64,000 nt of DNA from Phoronis australis (lineage: Eukaryota; Animalia; Phoronida): positions 376,624-440,623 of the forward strand of contig NMRA01000310.1 in the NCBI GenBank assembly GCA_002633005.1, written 5' to 3'. Position numbers and translations under genes: made by a program. Below the pieces are notes generated by a model, which saw nothing but the letters and a program-made list of their open reading frames with translations, had not been told where the DNA came from and ran no database searches. Within the stretch, counting starts at the first letter, position 1; every line of letters begins with the position of its first letter. Positions 14,927 to 28,357 of the stretch are shown here, one piece after another.

Positions 14927-14993
14927 TTGGAAGAACTAGAACTTGTTCCCAACAATTCACTGGTCATAGAATGTGCTGCCCTCTATCAGCAAG
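14927..14993 (+). CDS. TBC gene small exon
   Basis: tttcag/gtactg, 67 bp, LEELELVPNNSLVIECAALYQQ; its phase 1 end matches the next exon. Confidence 0.75.
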
Positions 14994-15250
14994 GTACTGT
15001 CACAAAGCAAGCTTTGCAATTACTTCTTCTGTGTCCTTGTTTACATGTAATGTTTCATAATGACTTTAAAAGGTTACTACAAGGTGATTGATTCTTGTCA
15101 TTTCAGAATGTATTATGAACCAACGATGATTGACTGGAAGAACACATTTCATAGCCTAGACATTGAAAATAACAAGATAATAGGATATGTGATTCTAAAT
15201 ACAACTCTTTGGCATTAGGAGAGCCCAAAATTATATTTGCCTTATGAGAA

Positions 15251-15447
15251 GGCAGTGCCACCTAGTGGGATAAGTGTCTGCTTCTTTACTCAAGCTTGTG
15301 GGTTCAAGTCCCACTTGGGCACATTGCTAGACCCTTAAATCATGTCTCTAGCTCCTCAATTCGGTTTTATCTGTATATTAATAAAGCACAAAAATGGTTC
15401 CAGGTGATCAGTGCCATGGACCTACCCGAGCAGCCTGCGCACGTCTG
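15251..15447 (+). mobile_element. tRNA-derived SINE, same family
   Basis: Same head and B box (15301-15311), shared atggttccaggtgat body. Confidence 0.65.
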
Positions 15448-16326
15448 CAATTATTTTTTTTTACTCAATTTCTAGTTCTGATGAGCAAGGCAGGTTGAGC
15501 TGACGGGGATGAAACAAAATTTCTTTCATGAACGGACATTTTGAGACGTTGGATGTTATTGAATGTGTGAATCATTCGAATATCCCACTGCACAGCAGTG
15601 ACAATTTGACGGCATAAGGGTCGCCGCTAAATAGGAAAATGGCCATTATGCTTACTGTGCTACACTGTGTTCATTCCGAGTTGTTTCGAATCTGTCAAGA
15701 TGTATTACTTTAGTGGGCTATATGCTGATTTCTATTATTTGATTATAAAATTGCATCACGTGACATCTTTTATGCAGTCAGCACTTCTGTTATGACAATG
15801 CAAAGGACATGTTTTTGGATGATTTCAGATTTTTTTTCTGGGGTGACATCTATAATGGGGAAAAATAATTAGTGCCTAATATTGCTATGGAATGTCCACA
15901 ATTTCTTAAAGCACTGTCATGAGGTAGTTATGATATAGAACTGAAAAACGACACACAATGTATTTCATGCTACGCAACTTAAATGGAAAAAGTAAATTAA
16001 TTCAAAGTGTCTACCAAATTGCGCCCTCATTTGTTAGATTTTTCTGTAATACATGTCCACACAAAAATTTACAATTTTTAAAAAAGTCTGCCTGCAGCCT
16101 ATCATGTTAAAATGACATATGTCAAGACCAAATAAAATTGGACAATGTACTGAAGAGCCGCACCCATTAAGGCTCGAAAGCTAGTGTTTTAAATATAATT
16201 TTACCAGATATTTAAAAGTATTTTTATTATCTGTTTCTACGTACCGGAATTCAAAGCGTTTTACCTGTTTCTACTTTGTCTCTTTCTGACGGCATTCCAA
16301 GTGAGAAGCTATAAATTCTTCTTCAG

Positions 16327-16519
16327 GTGAGTTGTGGTTGTGTCAAGGTCAACAGAACAATGCCAAGTTGTGCAAGGTGACGTGCAATAACAAGACAACA
16401 GTGTGTGAACTGGGTATAGAGTTTGACTGTCGCGTGGTGTCTATGTACGCCCTATCTCAAGACATCGTACTACTGGGCACTCTTGGATGGAGTCTGTCTG
16501 CCTATAGTACGCTCACCAA
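16327..16519 (+). CDS. TBC gene exon, start of beta-propeller
   Basis: cttcag/gtgagt, GELWLCQG...DIVLLGTLGWSLSAY; phases 1 to 2. Confidence 0.85.
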
Positions 16520-16578
16520 GTGAGTTCAAACATGGTCAACCCAACTCCTTTTTCTTGTTACAAGACTGGAATGTTTTA

Positions 16579-17541
16579 CCGTAATCGTTCGGGTTAACGC
16601 CCTGGGCGGTTAAATTGGCGAACCCAAAAAATCGGGGGTGGGCGGTTAACCAGACATGGGCGCTTAAACGTGAAATTTCAAGAAATCGGGGGGGGGGGGG
16701 GNNNNNNNNNNNNNNNNNNNNNNNNNNNNNNNNNNNNNNNNNNNNNNNNNNNNNNNNNNNNNNNNNNNNNNNNNNNNNNNNNNNNNNNNNNNNNNNNNNN
16801 NNNNNNNNNNNNNNNNNNNNNNNNNNNNNNNNNNNNNNNNNNNNNNNNNNNNNNNNNNNNNNNNNNNNNNNNNNNNNNNNNNNNNNNNNNNNNNNNNNNN
16901 NNNNNNNNNNNNNNNNNNNNNNNNNNNNNNNNNNNNNNNNNNNNNNNNNNNNNNNNNNNNNNNNNNNNNNNNNNNNNNNNNNNNNNNNNNNNNNNNNNNN
17001 NNNNNNNNNNNNNNNNNNNNNNNNNNNNNNNNNNNNNNNNNNNNNNNNNNNNNNNNNNNNNNNNNNNNNNNNNNNNNNNNNNNNNNNNNNNNNNNNNNNN
17101 NNNNNNNNNNNNNNNNNNNNNNNNNNNNNNNNNAGACGCCAGCGCGGTTCCTAAAGTTTGCGAACATGAGAAGAAAAGAAAGTGACAAAGTGTTCAAGTA
17201 TTACATTTTGAAGTTAATCGATGACCCGTTACAATAATTTGTTACTGGTATCATAATTCACATTGCTAAACCGCGGTCTCTGAGGCCGTCGTTGCACTCA
17301 ATGTTATCATCGATCTTAATCTAAAAGGTCGGGGATTCGCGTTTCCTATTAGCACAGGGCGGTAATCACCAATCGTCAAAAGTAGGGGATGGGCGCTTAA
17401 CCGAGAGGTGGGCGCTTAATTGGAAATCTTCAAAAATAGCAGGGGGGCGGTTAACCGAGCAGTGGGCGGTTAAATCGAAAATCCACCTAAAGTAGGGGTG
17501 GGCGGTTAACTGAGCATGGGCATTAACCCGAACGATTACGG
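16579..17541. mobile_element. Tc1/mariner-pogo type non-autonomous element (contains N gap)
   Basis: TA|ccgtaatcgttcgggttaa...ttaacccgaacgattacgg|TA; subterminal gggcggttaa repeats. Confidence 0.85.
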
Positions 17542-18810
17542 TATGTATTCTGAGACTGGAATGTGTTGTGGTTTTTAACATTGTCTCCAAGGGATCATTT
17601 TGACAACGGTTCTATGCACAGCCGTAGGTATTTGACCATCAAAGTGGTTTACACCAATGAAAAAGCGCCTTTTCCCTTTTCTAAGTCTATGGTTGAATTT
17701 ATATTTCGCAAAATTATTTCTTTCACATTGTGTTTGATGTGATTTGCATGCCCATGGCTGTCTCAGCTATTACTGGGTATACAACCTTCAATAGAATTGA
17801 TGCCTGCGATCTGCAGAATTGTTCCTAAAGTACACAGCAGTGTAGGAGTATTGTTTTGTGATAAGTGACTTGAGACTGTCAGAAATTTGGTGTTACGCTC
17901 CACCAAACTACATCCAGAAAAGAATTTAATCTCACTCGCGCAAGAATGCAAATTCATTGAGTAAATGTATGTCATGATTGCTTGTTACTATTTTCTCTAA
18001 ATTATTTCTTGACTATGATGTCTCATATTAATTACTTGCCTAAATCTTCAATCCACCGTAGTGTGAATTGGTAGCCATAAAACCAAATGTCCACCCTAAG
18101 TCTTAAGTCACTTTTCATGAAACAGATCCCTGGTGATTATCTGTTTCATTTCAAAGTGTAAGCCATGTTTCCTTGGTACAAAGTGTCACCAAGGCGAGAA
18201 CTGGTATTTGCAAAGTGGAAACAAAATCTGCATAGTTTCCATGCGTGTCATAGAATTGCCTCTGGGCTCAGAACATTTTGTGGTACATTTTTGTAACAAC
18301 TCTGAGGTCCTTTTATTGGTCATTCACATTCACTAGATAGTGTTTGGATTTGTTCTGGGCCGTACTGTTACGCTAGACATTCACGAAACAAGAGATTCTA
18401 TGATGGAATGTAAACTGTGATTTTTTCCCATAATTCTACATTCCAGCCTCACCAACCAATCACTTCATTGTTGGCTGTTTTGCTAGTCTCAAGTTTAGTT
18501 GTGAAACATTCTACTTTTTGTATTACAAGTTTTTTTTGTGTGGTCTCATGAAATTTACATAACAGAAATAGAACGGTGTAGTCAGAAAGCCCCCATGACC
18601 CGCAACTTTCAGTCCTTGCGTCCTCATTTCTAAACAAGTCTTACTTTTGCCAACTTTTCCATGTCACCGGTTGTGTCGGATACAAATTATCTTGTCTGTC
18701 TTCAGTTGTTTTTAAGCCCTGCCTTTTTCCAGTTTCTATTCCAAGACTTTCCATNTGGCAAGTGCCCACAGATGAAATACAAATTACCCATTACCTTATA
18801 CATGTTCCAG

Positions 18811-19062
18811 GGCCAAACTGTGGCAGATCTACCTGAATGATGCCGTGCTCGCCATATCTTGCCATCGCTATGACGATCAGAACAAAGTGTTTGCCGCGCT
18901 CGCTGACGGCACGGTGGCCATCTTGGAAGACGTTTGCGAGCAGGAACCGGGTAGTGACGTGTTTTACATCCCGGTGGGCTACTGCCCTCTCACGGCCATG
19001 TTGGTCGTCGATAACCAGCTGTGGTGTGCGTGTGGCAATTTGGTTTATATACTACATGCCAG
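18811..19062 (+). CDS. TBC gene exon, JIP3/ARHGEF10-type propeller blades
   Basis: ttccag/gtgtgt; LNDAVLAI, VFAALADGTVAIL, QLWCACGNLVYIL motifs. Confidence 0.9.
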
Positions 19063-19940
19063 GTGTGTGACACTGTGTCCCTCGTAAGGACGCGCATTAA
19101 TATGTTTGATACTTGCATTTGAACATTAAAGTGGTTTTAAGTCACGTTCGGTCAAAGAAACTAGTTTTTGAATGAGACCGTCACCGCTTTAGAACTGATT
19201 TCAACTTCTTCCCAAGTCAGATGAGAAGTGGATTCTTAACTTGGAAAAATGACAATTTGTTTCCACTGTGCACAAAATTTGCAGACAGGACAAGCTAACT
19301 TGTAGAGCCTTGTCTCAAGCTGTAGTTCGTTCGTAGTTCACATATCGCCGTTAATTTAACTTCGGAACTGTCCGAGTCTGATTATGTAATGGTACTAAGT
19401 GGTCATTATAAAAGCTAAAGTTATGTATACGATGGAAAGTGGTAAGTAGCCTTTTGAAAGTGAATGCATCCCTTGACGACTAATAGTCACGTGTCATTAA
19501 AAGTACTTACTGCCAAGCTACGGACCAATGGATTTTCACTTCTTAATGATTACACAAACTGCAGTGCTGGGGGATATGGCCTTTTTTGAACAAATCGTAT
19601 TATTTGAAGGCCGACGTTTAAATTGCTGATACCCTCTCAGAGAATTTTGCATGTAAACATGTTATGGTCTCGCTTTGTCTATAAAGTGTGTTGCGCTTGA
19701 ATATTAAAATTTATGGTTTAAAAGCACCTCAGTCTTTAAAAATGAAAAAGATGACAAATCCAAGCTTCACTTGTGCTTCAACTATAACTGACACTGCACC
19801 ACTAGAACTTGGACAACCTTTGATTCTCTAGTTTATTATAATGGGAAAAGTAAATCGTGTATAAGGTTTTTGTTATTTTTGACGTTTGAATGCCTAAACA
19901 ACTTGCATTATTTTTATGCCATTATGTTTTTCATGGTTAG

Positions 19941-20133
19941 AACCCTTGATCCCATGGACAACTTTACAATATCTGTAAATCCATTCGACCACATTCTCTC
20001 CATGGTATACGGTGATGCTGGCGTCTGGATCGCTGTCAAAGGCTCGTCAGTAATCGAGCTGTGGGACCACAAACATCTCACCTGTAAAGTGCTCTTTGAC
20101 GTCAGGGATAACAGGTTCCCTCTTCTACGTAAG
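19941..20133 (+). CDS. TBC gene exon, propeller blade
   Basis: ttag/gtgagc; GVWIAVKGSSVIELWD; phases 2 to 0. Confidence 0.88.
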
Positions 20134-20891
20134 GTGAGCTTTTTTAGTTCGGAATCCTTATCTACACCGGTGTCTCCGTGGAAACGTGACTATGTAGGAT
20201 CTTGCTGCCAAGTCTGTACTGCAGTCAAATATCTGCACAACAGTAAAATTATGCGCTATATCTGCACAACTGTAGATTGTAATTCAGTAAAAGCACGCGC
20301 TATTTTCTGAAAGTAGAAGACTGTAGAATTCGATCTTTGACTTTTTACCATTAATTGGGTCACGTGACCATGTTTTTTGTAAGATTTAGCAAAAAGATAG
20401 GAACATTGGTAGTAAAACAGCAGAACTCAATGACATGTCTTTCTTTTGTTGTTCTAGATGAGATTTCAAAAAAGGTGTTTCTGTTTTCTAAATAGTAATT
20501 TCTTAATGCAACTTTTGTTTGTTTTTCATAAAAATCACGGTAGTCCTGTATGTTATATTCCCTCACGCAATAGAAAATATTTTTAAAATTCCCAACAGCA
20601 TTCTGGATTGGCTACCTGTAAGCCCAATTATGTAAGTTTAGCTTTTTGAATATCAGATTGTTATATCTCAGAAATGGCTGATCACTAGGTACGCACGAAA
20701 CTTTCGGGTTTTAATATACTTTACGCGCTGCTCTTCGAAACACTGTTGGGCACTGCTTTTCAAAATGTTCCACTTTTGCGTGTGAAGTTATCAAGAAATA
20801 TGATGACAGCTAACCGTGTAAAACTAAAAGTGATTACTTCCCCTGACAGCTTACCACATAAAACTAAGAATGTGATTACTTCCCCTGATAG

Positions 20892-22628
20892 GAGGATAGC
20901 TGTTACTTCAACCAAGCCCGTATCACCTCCATACTTCCTTACCAGAACTCTATCTGGATTGGCACTGGTGAGGGAAATCTCATTATCTATGACTTGCTGG
21001 AGCGGACCAAGAGACATGAAGACGGGTCTGGTAGTGACCTCAGTCATTCCAGCTCACCTTATTTGACGAGCAAAGGTGAAATGGTGAACATTTGTGAGGT
21101 TGAGGAAAGAGTGAATGAGTTGTACTTCCAGCGAGCGTTTGGTATCTATGGTAACCAATTACTAGTGGACAGAAGTCGGATGTATCTTAGTCTTCCAGAT
21201 GGTGTTACGTCAGAGACGTCCACAGACCCACTGCGGGAAAGGGAAGGCTCTGTAGATACTATAGTCAATAGTCAAGGGTCAATGAGTACAGAGGTGTCCA
21301 GTGAGACTGTTTGTGATAGAAAGGCATCAGTGGACACATTGGTCAGTAATGATGGACAGGGTTCATTGGGTACAGAGGCGTCCAGTGAGACACCTCTGGA
21401 AAAGGAAGAGTCGTTGGGTACACTGGTCAGTGGGGATGGATTTCAGAGTTCGCAGACTACAGAGTTGTCTGGTGAGACGCATCAGGGCAGGGAAGGGTCA
21501 GTGGGTGCACTAGCTGGTGGGAGTGAAGATCAGAGTTCACTCAGTGCAGAGAAGTCTGTTGAGATACATGAGGACAGGGAAGGGTCAGTGGGTGGACTGG
21601 TCAATGGGAATGAAAATCAGAGTTCACTGAGGGCAGAGATGTCCAGTGAGACAACTCAGGACAAGGAGGGTTCAGTGGGTACACTGGTCAGTGAGGGTGG
21701 AGAGTGTTCGCTAAGTACAGAGACAGCCAGTGAGACACTTTGGGTCAGGGAGGGGTCACAAGATTCGGCTGGCAGTGGTAGCAGTCAGAATTGGGTGGAT
21801 GTAAAGGCTTCCATCAACACCTGCACTGACAATGGACACCCACTGTCAATACAAGACAGCTCACTGGGTAGTGTAGCTAGTGAACTAAACGACCTTTGTG
21901 TCTGTGGTGATGTTGCAGTAGATGAGAACCTAATACCCAGTCACAGTGGGGACGACATTGGTTGTGGAGAGGGAGAGGATTCTCACAACCCCCACTGTAC
22001 TGTTGAGAACACTGCCACCTCTTGCCTGGTTGAAGCCAGTTTAAAGAATGGACACATGAACAATTATGTGGGAAAAGATGGTGACCAGTTGTTGGAAGGT
22101 AGAGTCGAGAAAGCTGCTTGTGGTGATGGCAGCGTGGGAAGGGATGATCAAAGTTGCACTACAGAGAATTATGATGAGCCGGTGTGTGTGAATGGTGTAC
22201 AGAATGGTAGTGGAGAGGCTCATTTGCCAGTGTTGATAGCTGGCAGTGATGTGTGTCCATGTGGTGAGGAAGGCTATGACAAGAGTGGGGAGAATGGGCA
22301 TCAAACAGCTGAAAACAATAATTTGAAAATTGGCCACTCGGGGCTGGAAGTCTCCATGGAGATGGGGTCAAAGGTTACGGTGAAGGAACCCAGCGACAAC
22401 ATAGTGGCGTACAATGGAGGGATGGAACCAAGGGATGGAAATGGCATCAATGGTAAAACACTGGATGTATCTCTGCTGAACAGGTCCACGTCAGAAGGAT
22501 CTGGTCACAAGTTGTCACCTGTTAATGAGCTAGCGCCACCTGCAGGACTTGGGGCTTTGTCAGTGTCGTCATCGCGTCAAGCATCTGCCGATGACTCGGA
22601 TGGTGATGAACAGAAACCGACCATACAG
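20892..22628 (+). CDS. TBC gene large exon: propeller blade plus ~540 aa acidic/Ser-rich repetitive insert
   Basis: tgatag acceptor, gtatgt donor, 1737 bp open frame (ORF 20994-22688); begins EDSCYFNQARITSILPYQNSIWIGTGEGNLIIYD. Confidence 0.88.
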
Positions 22629-23618
22629 GTATGTGATAGTGTCATGCAAGTTTGCACATGTTCATCAAATATTAAGTTTCGAGGTTAGATGTGTTAACAA
22701 TTCTAGTTTTGTATGATTGCACTATGTCCATGGTGGCGCTGTTTTACCATGTTTTACTGCTCAATACTGACTCTGAATATACGTTTGAATTTCTGTATTT
22801 ATGTATGAGTAGGCAAAGCCTATGATGCACAATAAATGATATTATTATTATTAGTGACTTGGTTGCTCAAAGTTTGAAATTTTTATGCCCACGTGGTGAG
22901 TGCAGCCTCACTGTAACCCAAGGACAAAGGGGAATTCCTGCCCAATTTCGGAGTTCTAAAGCCAACCCATAAGTTCTCTAGGTTGACACACAGCATTTGA
23001 CACTACATGTCAATTGACTCGTAATCATATTTTCCCAGCCAAAGTGGGCTTCTAATGTGTAAATTTCTTTTATCCTTGATTTAAAAGTGTAAATTTTAGG
23101 TGGTCAGAAAGCGCACACAGTCTCACTGTTTCTTGAAACTTGAGGACCGTTTGATTTTTTGCTGTTATGATTATATTGTCAATGGTAGACAGATTGAAAT
23201 GGGTATTTCACTAGCAATGGATGAAGCTTTTACATTCATTTTGCCATTTTGGGCTTGAAGGGGTAACTTGTTGGCATGGTGGCTCAGAATTTTGCTGAGG
23301 ATTGTAAATCATTGGTGTCGCTCACACGCAATAGGCCGTAGAAATTGACATGGAATGTCCAGTGAAAACAGTTCTTTGTGAACCCTGCTCTTAGTCATAC
23401 CACTGTCCCAATTGGACTGTGTAACTTAACACATCTGAGCACAGGGTTTATGCTCCTGGCTGAGAAGATAATTGTTTAATTACCCCCTGTGGATGCATGA
23501 ATAGAGGAGCCTAAAATGGCTTCATTATCATAATAATGTTGTTTGTGTTTTTATATTTATTGGAATAATTTTCTTGTGACGCAGCCACTGTTCATAACTT
23601 GCTTAATTTTTCTCCTAG

Positions 23619-23755
23619 GTGATGAAGCGTGAGAGTTCTGTAACCAGCATGGTCTCCACAAATAGCATCAGTGAAGCCCTCTATACACATGAGCTCCACC
23701 TACAGGCTAAGGTGAAAATTAGTGACAAGCCTATTAGATGTCTTGTTTTGACGAG
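23619..23755 (+). CDS. TBC gene exon
   Basis: tcctag/gtatgt; ...ELHLQAKVKISDKPIRCLVLT. Confidence 0.85.
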
Positions 23756-24004
23756 GTATGTTAGCAAACACAGACAAGAGAATATTTTAAACATGTTCAT
23801 CTCATTAGTCTCCTGATACTGGTACCTTTTTTGTTTTTTTTCGACACTAACCCAAATCCGTCAACTGCAATCTATAAAATCAAAAATAATGGCATTCTTA
23901 TCTGTGACCAAATTATAATGTCAATTCAGGCTTGAAATTTTAATTTGTTTGCTTCATGTTAAAAATTGGTTCTGTAAATTGTTTTGCTTTGTTTTGTTTC
24001 ATAG

Positions 24005-24092
24005 TCACAAGGATGAACCTATCATCATTAGTTGTGCTGGTTGCTATGGAGATGATGAAGCCATCTTGAAGTGGAAGCGAGAACCAAATGAA
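24005..24092 (+). CDS. TBC gene exon, closing propeller strands
   Basis: catag/gttagt; HKDEPIIISCAGCYGDDEAILKW; phases 2 to 0. Confidence 0.85.
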
Positions 24093-24561
24093 GTTAGTAA
24101 TTTGTCTCTCAATCAATTGACAATGCGTTAATCACTTTGTGATAAAGTCAAAAAAGCATGATTGCTTCTGGTCTGTACCCCAACTCATTTTGAGACCTGT
24201 GGTCTCTGACTAAAAACATGCCTGCCCACAATCACATGTAAAGAATTTCCTGATTGAAGTGATTGTTGATAGCTCATCCATACTTGATGTGAAAAGCCTA
24301 ACTTTAGAAAGTTGATCACCCCTATCAAAATCGCCGACTTTTCGACACACTTTTTACTTAGCGATTCTTGAATGGTCTAATTTCAAAATCCTTACTATTA
24401 TGGGGTAGAAACCTTCAAGGCCTGCATGACTATTATTTCATTGCATTAGGCTGTGGCCACGTGGTAAATACCCTATAATTATTGCACATCAAGACCTCAG
24501 GCCTAGCAGTGTGATCTTGAAGTTTAGTGATTGGGTGTTCATTTGGTGACTGTTATTCCAG

Positions 24562-24786
24562 AAAATATGGACCAACGAACCTGTGTACGAAGTAAGCTCG
24601 GATCCAAGTCAATCCAAGCGGCCACCATACTTGAGGGCACGGTTTTCTAGCAGTTCTTCAACCAAAAGCGGCGAGAGCGTAGACGGTGAAAAGGCGGAGA
24701 AGTCTACGTTCTCGCTTCTTCCAAAGTTTGGCAGTCAAAGCAGTCGCGAAGAAGACAGCAAGCTACCATTTTCTCTGTTCAATTAA
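24562..24786 (+). CDS. TBC gene terminal coding exon
   Basis: ttccag acceptor; KIWTNEPVYEV...LPFSLFN*, TAA at 24784-24786; AATAAA at 24812 and 25061. Confidence 0.82.
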   Translation, partial: KIWTNEPVYEVSSDPSQSKRPPYLRARFSSSSSTKSGESVDGEKAEKSTFSLLPKFGSQSSREEDSKLPFSLFN

Positions 24787-25470
24787 GGAGTCCTACGCTA
24801 AGTTGGTAGGAAATAAATCTCACTATCAAACCAAATCTGTTGCTGTTACTCACTTTGTTATGGCTGATTGTTAGTTAAGAGAGTTGAACAACATCTGATT
24901 TTAGTTGCCAAAGTGTGTAGTCAAGATGTTTCCTTTTTGTCCAGTGTGTGCATGTGATAAAATGTTAAAATGTAATGTGAAATGTCTAACACTTATCTCT
25001 CTGAAATAGTTATAGGGAATGAGTTGCTTCTGGTGCAAATCTGGTGGTGATAGATGAAAGAATAAAATGTTTACTTTCTGCAAAATGTACAAAATTGTGC
25101 GTTATTAATATGTGTTGTGAGTCTTTCAATAACAGTATTTTCGTATGATGAAGTGGATTCTTAATCATGGCGTATGTTTACGGTGTAACTATCAATTGGA
25201 ATTATATTTAGTACTTACGTGTTACTGATTATTTTCCCGTTATGTTTACTATGTGTTTGCATTTGTTGTACACATAGCAATATCATTGGTGGCATCCTAA
25301 ATTGACAATTATTGCATATATGTATACACCCAAGTAAATTGTAAGTTTTTTAGGCCCTTTCATACTAAAATCGATGCTTTGGGGAGTTGCGGTCAGTATG
25401 AATGGTTAACTTCAGCTGTGGATCAAAGTTAATAGTGCCAGTTAACTTTGCAGTAAATAGGTGGATTTTA

Positions 25471-25828
25471 CAGCGGAGCGTCGACACTGGCGCGGTATGA
25501 ACGGTCAAGTGCGGTCTCATCGAAGTTATCTCCAGGGGCCACTGCTGTCATCAACATTTAAAGGGCAGTGTTGTCACTAATAGTTGCTTATATTTTGCTC
25601 AAATAATCGCCAGTTGAATTAGAAATAAGTTTTTTGATTATAAGCATACGTAAATGTTCTCAAAATGTCACATTAAAAAAATCTGAGCTCTCACGGGATG
25701 CATCAGTGCTACCTTGCGATCACTTAATCAATGACTGCGTCACCTGTCATTTACTTTGATGCCGTTAACTACTGAAGGTGGTATGAATGATTCAAGTAAC
25801 TTCGCAGTTTACATCGACGCTCCGCTCG
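25471..25828. mobile_element. TA-flanked MITE
   Basis: ta|cagcggagcgtcga...tcgacgctccgctcg|ta. Confidence 0.65.
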
Positions 25829-27404
25829 TATCGGTGTTGAGAGAGTATGAAAGGGCCTTCTGACCATCGGGGTGTATATTGGTGTTTTTGGCAGCTGTAG
25901 GGAACCAAAGGTGTCCCTTCATATCTAAGTGTGTGCTACGGGCTTTGTCTACAGTAATTCTTTGCTTGTTTAGCACACAATATGGTGAAGTTTTCATTGT
26001 CCGCAGCAAGGTAGTCAACCATTGAAAAGTGAAAAAAAACATTTCAAGTCTGGTCTGCGTGCAACCTTTTGGCCACATTACATGACCTGATAATCTATAT
26101 TTCCGTGCCGGTTCAACAGTTACCTAACCATTTTGGTTGATGTTTTTGTGCTACATAAGTGGAGAATTGTAGTAATATGGTATTTGTTAGCCTTTGACAG
26201 AATCAAAGTGCTTTTCGTATTTTTTTAGAATACGTAGCATTGCGTGCAAAGACTTGCCATTGCTCGGTTAAGACGGGTAGAATTTATTTATGAGCAATCA
26301 AGTGTCAGGGCTGTATTATGAAACTGCCAAGTTGTTACTCGGGGCTCCCTGTGATACGTTACCTTTTTACAATGCAAGTAAAATACACTAACTGTTAATG
26401 AACGCGTAAATCACATACCTGCCCCATGCTACACTGGCTCCACCTATTGTTCAGGGAAGCTAATATTCCCTAATATGCAGTTTGGTGTAACGGCTTGCAA
26501 TTGCCATGTAGTTTGTGTATAGTATTATGTTAACGAACACTTTGTATAATGCAATAGAAGTCACTGTTACCACTGACTAAACTAGTCATGCAATTGCAGT
26601 AATCAATAAGCTGCCTGCTTGCCAAACTTGTCAATTTCGAAGATCAGAAGTCTGTGGAATTGTCAACCACTCTACCCCTCCCTGCAGCTTTGTTCTCTTG
26701 GGCTGTGTGTCAATTTCTCTCTTTTAGTTAGATGTGTAATTCAAGGGTGTCAGAGGAGTTCGTTATTTCAAATTTGCCAAATCAAGTTCTCATTTGCAGG
26801 ATTGTGGGAATCTCGGTATAATGATTGAGATCTCCCTTTATTTCTCATGACCCGGATTTGGTGCAACAGAAGACTGATTCACTCTGGGGTCAGTTCCATG
26901 AAAAGTGGCCAAATAAAGATTGAGTAGACAAAAGTGTAATTATTACCTCATTACTACCGAATGGTTTGTACCAATCTTCTTAGTAATTATTATCAGATAT
27001 TTTATCTTTTCAGTGCTAAACTCAGTTTAAGTTATTTTTCAGGAATAGTGACTTGGAGTGTAAGGTCAAATTTCAGTCTTAAATCTTTAAGTAAGTTTTC
27101 CTGAATCATAACCCAAACGACCGATTCACTCTGGTTTGACCCAATTCAGCAATAGTCGGCGGTCGTAGAATTGTTGGGTAACTAGTATGTAATATAGGTC
27201 TGGTGTTTCACCTAATTAGGCTATTTTAAAGAAACAGGTCTCTTGCATATTTCGTGGAAGGTTGTGAGCCAGTATGAATTGTTATTTACTATTAAAATTT
27301 AACATTATAATTATTAATTTCAGAGTTTATTAATATGTGTTTATCCTTAAAATTTACGACTGAAGCGCCTAGTCCTGTATTTGTGCATTTATAGGATGTT
27401 ATAT

Positions 27405-28155
27405 ACAGCTTCTTAGTAAAAAGTGTCTGTTGATTCTTGTTCAAATATATATTTGTTGTAAAGTTGAATATTATCTTAATTTGAGTTGTTAGTCCACCCA
27501 GACTTTACCTCATCTCATGGATACTGGGTTCCTACACCCACTTTTCCTACGTTTCAAAATATTTCCCACTTTTTCTACTATTTCAGTCTGTAAATTCCTA
27601 CTTTTCAGAAAATTGTATTAATAAAAACACCCCCATTGTCTTGATTTTCCTTCTTTCTTCATTTGACAGTGACTCTGTAATTGTGTTCTGTAACTGGATA
27701 TTATTATATAGACGATATAAGGTATCATTTTAAAGGTGCATTGGAATTTTATCAATTTTTAATCCAAATTTTGAACCATTTGAACCTAGTGCTGCATTAT
27801 GAGATTGATAAACAGCTTCTTAGTAAAACGTGTGTTGATTCTTGTTCAGAAATACATTTGATGTAAAGTTGAACAATACCTTATTTTGAGTTGTCAGTTC
27901 AGCCAAAAACGTTATACATTCTGGTGGGTAACGGGTTCGTAAGATTCCTACTTTTTAAGTGTCCCACTTTTCGTGCTGTAGATTTCTACTTTTCAGAAAA
28001 TTGTATGAAATAAAAAGTTCCTACTTTCCTGATTTTTTCCTATTTTTTTCATCACTGACTCTGTAACTGCGTTCTATAACTGGAAATTATTATATAAACA
28101 TAATAACAGATATCATTTTAAAGGTACATTTTTGTTTCATTGGATTTTTATCAAT
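27405..28155. repeat. Old diverged tandem duplication, ~407-bp period
   Basis: acagcttcttagtaaaa...gttgattcttgttca at ~27405 and ~27812, with colinear similarity after it. Confidence 0.75.
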
Positions 28156-28357
28156 TCTTGGTCAAAAATGTCAAAATTTCATCATTGCATGTCATATTTA
28201 TAAAATCAACATTTTGCTAAAAAAATATAGGAAAATGATCAGGACTGATAGACAATGGACATAAAACGATAAATGAAGCCAACAAGAAATGCTCCCTGGC
28301 CAAACCTTTAGCATCAACACCACTCTTGGAACATATTAGTACTATTTGGCTCAGGAA

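Noticed and set aside
16615-17197. Long ORFs over N runs (also 35345-35715 and 62547-63243)
   Set aside because: Artefacts of assembly gaps (16702-17133, 35406-35643, 62611-63088)
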